Assembly: GCA_041671125.1 (NCBI GenBank)
Contig: JBAZCA010000003.1
Coordinates: forward strand, 689 to 64,688
Direction: 5' to 3'
DNA length: 64,000 nt
Source of the DNA: Patescibacteria group bacterium
Lineage (GTDB): Bacteria; Patescibacteriota; Patescibacteriia; Patescibacteriales; JBAZCA01
The notes under the pieces were generated by a model that was not told where the DNA came from, ran no database searches, and was given only the letters and a program-made list of their open reading frames with translations. The stretch's first letter is position 1; every line of letters starts with the position of its first letter. Made by a program: the position numbers and the translations under genes. Positions 62,388 through 64,000 of this stretch are shown here, one piece after another.

Positions 62388-62470
62388 ATTTTTCTCATAA
62401 CTCATAACCCATATCTCGCAACGCCTGTTTATAAATCGGGTTATGGGTTGCGCTTTATGGGTTGCGAGAA
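62388..62470. repeat. inverted heptamer arrays (CATAACY/CGCAACC units) in the clpP 5' UTR
   Basis: ctcataactcataacccatatctcgcaac ... gggttatgggttgcgctttatgggttgcgag; arms are complementary. On the mRNA strand the proximal arm supplies ATG triplets at 7-nt spacing just upstream of the clpP start. Confidence 0.7.
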
Positions 62471-62480
62471 TATTATCTTA

Positions 62481-62509
62481 ACTTTAATTCAATATGCCTA
62501 TATTGTCAA
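62481..62509 (-). promoter_or_regulatory. putative clpP promoter
   Basis: On the minus strand: TTGACA (62509-62504), 17-nt spacer, TAAAGT (62486-62481). This places the whole heptamer hairpin in the 5' UTR. Confidence 0.45.
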
Positions 62510-62631
62510 AGTTTCTTTAATTTTTCATGAACATTCCCCGCGGGAAATCATAGTCCATCAAATAATCATAAAAATCATAGTTCAAGACTTATCCGCATAC
62601 CAGCCCATATTTCCATTTCCCCCGCAACATC

Positions 62632-62661
62632 TTGACAACCCTCTCTCTCGTATGCGAGAAT
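62632..62661 (+). promoter_or_regulatory. putative extended -10 promoter of the GC-rich cassette
   Basis: TTGACA (62632-62637), 18-nt spacer ending in TG-c, GAGAAT (62656-62661). Confidence 0.35.
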
Positions 62662-62667
62662 TTTAAA

Positions 62668-62992
62668 AGATGAGCCGGGGTTCCAAGTTGAAGCACCCCG
62701 CCTTAAAGAGGCTTTCCCGCCTCTTTTCATGTGGTAGCTCAAAGGGGCTACACCCGGCTCAGGCTAGTGCTCTTTTCATTTACAACGTGAACTTAACCCA
62801 AAATAGGGAAAATGCGACGCCCGGAAAGGAGAAATTAGATCGCAACGGAACACCCTCCCGGAGAATCCGGAGAGGGAGTAAAGAGGCCGCAAGGAGCCGC
62901 CTCCCTCGCATTTCGGAGGGAGGCGGCGCAACGCAAGGGCCGGTTTTATTACGGCCAAAACAACGGATTTCCAACTTTTGGAGGTGTAAAAG
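62668..62992 (+). promoter_or_regulatory. about 320-nt GC-rich multi-hairpin leader (unclassified structured RNA candidate)
   Basis: Hand-found helices:
- 62672-79/62753-60 (GAGCCGGG/CCCGGCTC), which encloses 62705-12/62719-26 and 62734-38/62747-51
- 62853-62876
- a perfect 12-bp stem 62896-907/62916-927
- 62938-62956
The leader ends in the SD GGAGGTG (62980-62986). Confidence 0.4.
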
Positions 62993-63445
62993 ATGGTACA
63001 GCAACTGATCGAGCAATACCGCCCCCCGATTCTGGCAGGAAACCGGATCCCGGCTCCCTTACTGAGTGAAGCCATGGTCGATCCTCGTCATCTGCAGCTC
63101 AACACCAAACCCTTCAACTACATCGAAGCCAAGAACCCGCTGAAACCCGACACTGTTCTGACCGTTGTTATGGAAACCGGAGCCTCTTCCCGCATCTGCG
63201 ACGCCGTGGCCAGCTCCGCTCTACTGCAGGCTCATGAAGCGCGCGTGGTCTACGTCGATGGTATCTGCTGTCTGGTTCCCGAGGGTACGCCCAACAATCT
63301 CAACAAGGGCTTCGGTGAAGATCGCAGATTCGGGCATTTCTGGCAGGGTACCGGTGCGGCGCGGATGAAGTTGCGGCAGACCGGTTGGACAAAGCTGAGC
63401 GGACATCTGGATCTCCGGCGCGACGGCAATGTCGACGGCCGGTAG
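62993..63445 (+). CDS. orphan 150-aa protein in a compositionally foreign cassette
   Basis: GGAGGTG lies 6 nt upstream of the ATG. Codon choice (CTG, GCC, AAC, ATC, CGC) is unlike neighbouring genes. Two hand-counted 60-nt lines each give 37/60 GC. No motif recognised. Several overlapping antisense ORFs look like GC artefacts. Confidence 0.5.
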   Translation: MVQQLIEQYRPPILAGNRIPAPLLSEAMVDPRHLQLNTKPFNYIEAKNPLKPDTVLTVVMETGASSRICDAVASSALLQAHEARVVYVDGICCLVPEGTPNNLNKGFGEDRRFGHFWQGTGAARMKLRQTGWTKLSGHLDLRRDGNVDGR

Positions 63446-63592
63446 CCCCACTGCTGATGGAGTACCGCCGGCTCAAAAAGCCGGCGGGTAACAAGTAGCA
63501 AAGATGGGTTCACGTTACCAAGTTCTTTTTACAATCCTCCTGAATCTATTTTCAGAGGAAGTCTCGCAATACCAGCGAGAAACGTGAATTTT

Positions 63593-63638
63593 CGCCCCGC
63601 ATCAAGCAAAGATCGCTTTTTTCGGGGTTTTTGTTTTG
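63593..63638 (+). terminator. terminator-like hairpin with a T-run closing the GC-rich cassette
   Basis: ccccg (63595-99) / cgggg (63623-27) with an internal mini-stem, followed by TTTTTGTTTTG. Confidence 0.4.
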
Positions 63639-63648
63639 TCGCGCTTTT

Positions 63649-63748
63649 GTCTGAACCACTGATTATCACTGATTAAAATGATTTCACTGATTTAATAATC
63701 AATAATCAGTGTAATCTGAGAAATCACGTGCTAATCTGTGGTTCAGAC
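63649..63748. repeat. 100-nt palindromic heptamer region upstream of the relB/dinJ-like gene
   Basis: gtctgaaccac (63649-59) / gtggttcagac (63738-48) enclose repeated cactgat(t) units and their complements (aatcagtg). Confidence 0.65.
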
Positions 63749-63818
63749 AAATAGTATTGACAATTAAATAAAAAAGCAATACACTATAATTATAAATACC
63801 AACAAAATAAATAATATT

Positions 63819-64000
63819 ATGAACGCCAACAGAGAGCAAATTCAAATCCGGATTGATTCAAAAACTAAGTCCGAGGCGAAAAAGATCCTGGATGAATTAG
63901 GCCTGGATATGAGTTCGGCAATAAAGCTTTTTTTTCGCCAGCTTATAATCGCGAGAAATTTTCCCTGCGAATTAAAGGATGCCAACGGCTTTACCCTGCG
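63819..64000 (+). CDS. RelB/DinJ-family antitoxin (partial, runs off the window)
   Basis: MNANREQIQIRIDSKTKSEAKKILDELGLDMSSAIKLFFRQLIIARNFPCEL matches the ribbon-helix-helix DinJ pattern. Not in the ORF track because there is no stop within the window. Confidence 0.7.
   Translation, partial: MNANREQIQIRIDSKTKSEAKKILDELGLDMSSAIKLFFRQLIIARNFPCELKDANGFTL

Noticed and set aside
62668-62992. Leader of the GC-rich cassette as RNase P RNA, tmRNA, SRP RNA, 6S RNA or a known riboswitch
   Set aside because: I searched by eye on both strands and found none of the following:
- GGAAAGTCC / ACAGAACCCGGCTTA (RNase P)
- a tRNA-like 3' end with GGTTCGA..CCA, or a tag ORF (tmRNA)
- the SRP domain IV motif
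- the T-box 14-mer
- the B12 box, or the TPP CTGAGA...ACCTGA core
The GAGCCGGG/CCCGGCTC helix spans only about 70 nt, not the spacing of the RNase P P4 helix.
62670-63513. Overlapping ORFs in the GC-rich cassette: 62670-63008 on the plus strand, and 62776-63075, 62780-63016, 63221-63451, 63250-63513 and 63300-63494 on the minus strand
   Set aside because: Stop-poor frames are expected in roughly 62% GC DNA. These ORFs overlap one another and the helices of the leader, and they lack an SD or start context. Only 62993-63445 has a perfect SD and consistent codon bias.
1-64000. Heptamer arrays as CRISPR arrays or as simple microsatellite slippage tracts
   Set aside because: The period is 7 nt with no spacers, and the arrays are 3-6 units long, so this is not CRISPR. 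The units are degenerate and organised as inverted arrays at gene boundaries, and identical 19-mers occur at unlinked loci. That does not look like local slippage alone.
1-64000. Alternative genetic code (UGA reassigned, as in some candidate phyla)
   Set aside because: Long conserved genes are uninterrupted under the standard code. TGA is used as a genuine stop, for example at the methyltransferase/ruvC ATGA overlap (4002-4005) and the RNHCP/uvrB ATGA overlap (60989-60992).

Overview
By-eye reading, with no database searches run. The window is a dense, mostly housekeeping stretch of a small bacterial genome. Hand-counted lines give about 43% GC, and most start codons lack a Shine-Dalgarno sequence.

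The gene content suggests a Candidate Phyla Radiation / Patescibacteria-type organism; this is inference, not a search result. Supporting signs are an archaeal-type PyrH, minimal ProRS, UvrB and UvrC, a MurE-like ligase next to FemX, LemA-HtpX, and nine VirB2/TrbC-like 'pilin' paralogues.

Confident calls are manC, ruvC, ruvA, rpoB, rpoC, ileS, valS, trpS, proS, proC, proA, proB, glyA, folD, recQ, uvrB, uvrC, clpP, htpX, lemA, a PFOR beta subunit, a ferredoxin, and three tRNAs: Val-GAC, Ile-UAU and Val-CAC. TGA is used as a stop codon, so this is the standard bacterial code.

No rRNA, CRISPR array, transposase or integrase is visible.

The observations I rate highest:
1. A five-gene secreted block (4548-9123) in which a VirB2-like two-helix pilin core is fused to interchangeable, very Cys-rich heads. 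One head looks like an SLT/lysozyme domain. Six stand-alone pilin paralogues lie at 34497-37406.
2. A pervasive system of degenerate 7-nt tandem arrays. These form inverted-array hairpins at gene boundaries and also lie in frame inside essential genes (ileS, valS, uvrC, rpoB, femX). They are often paired with GC-rich palindromes that have both intergenic and in-frame intragenic copies, similar to Rickettsia palindromic elements.
3. A roughly 190-nt highly structured element present twice (54133-54323 and 61544-61730), with three compensatory base-pair changes between the copies.
4. Conserved roughly 90-nt trailers behind two different tRNA-Val genes, including a 24-nt duplication of a tRNA 3' end.
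5. A compositionally foreign, self-contained unit of about 1 kb (62632-63638, about 62% GC). It has a promoter, a roughly 320-nt multi-hairpin leader, a perfect SD, an orphan 150-aa ORF and a structured 3' end.
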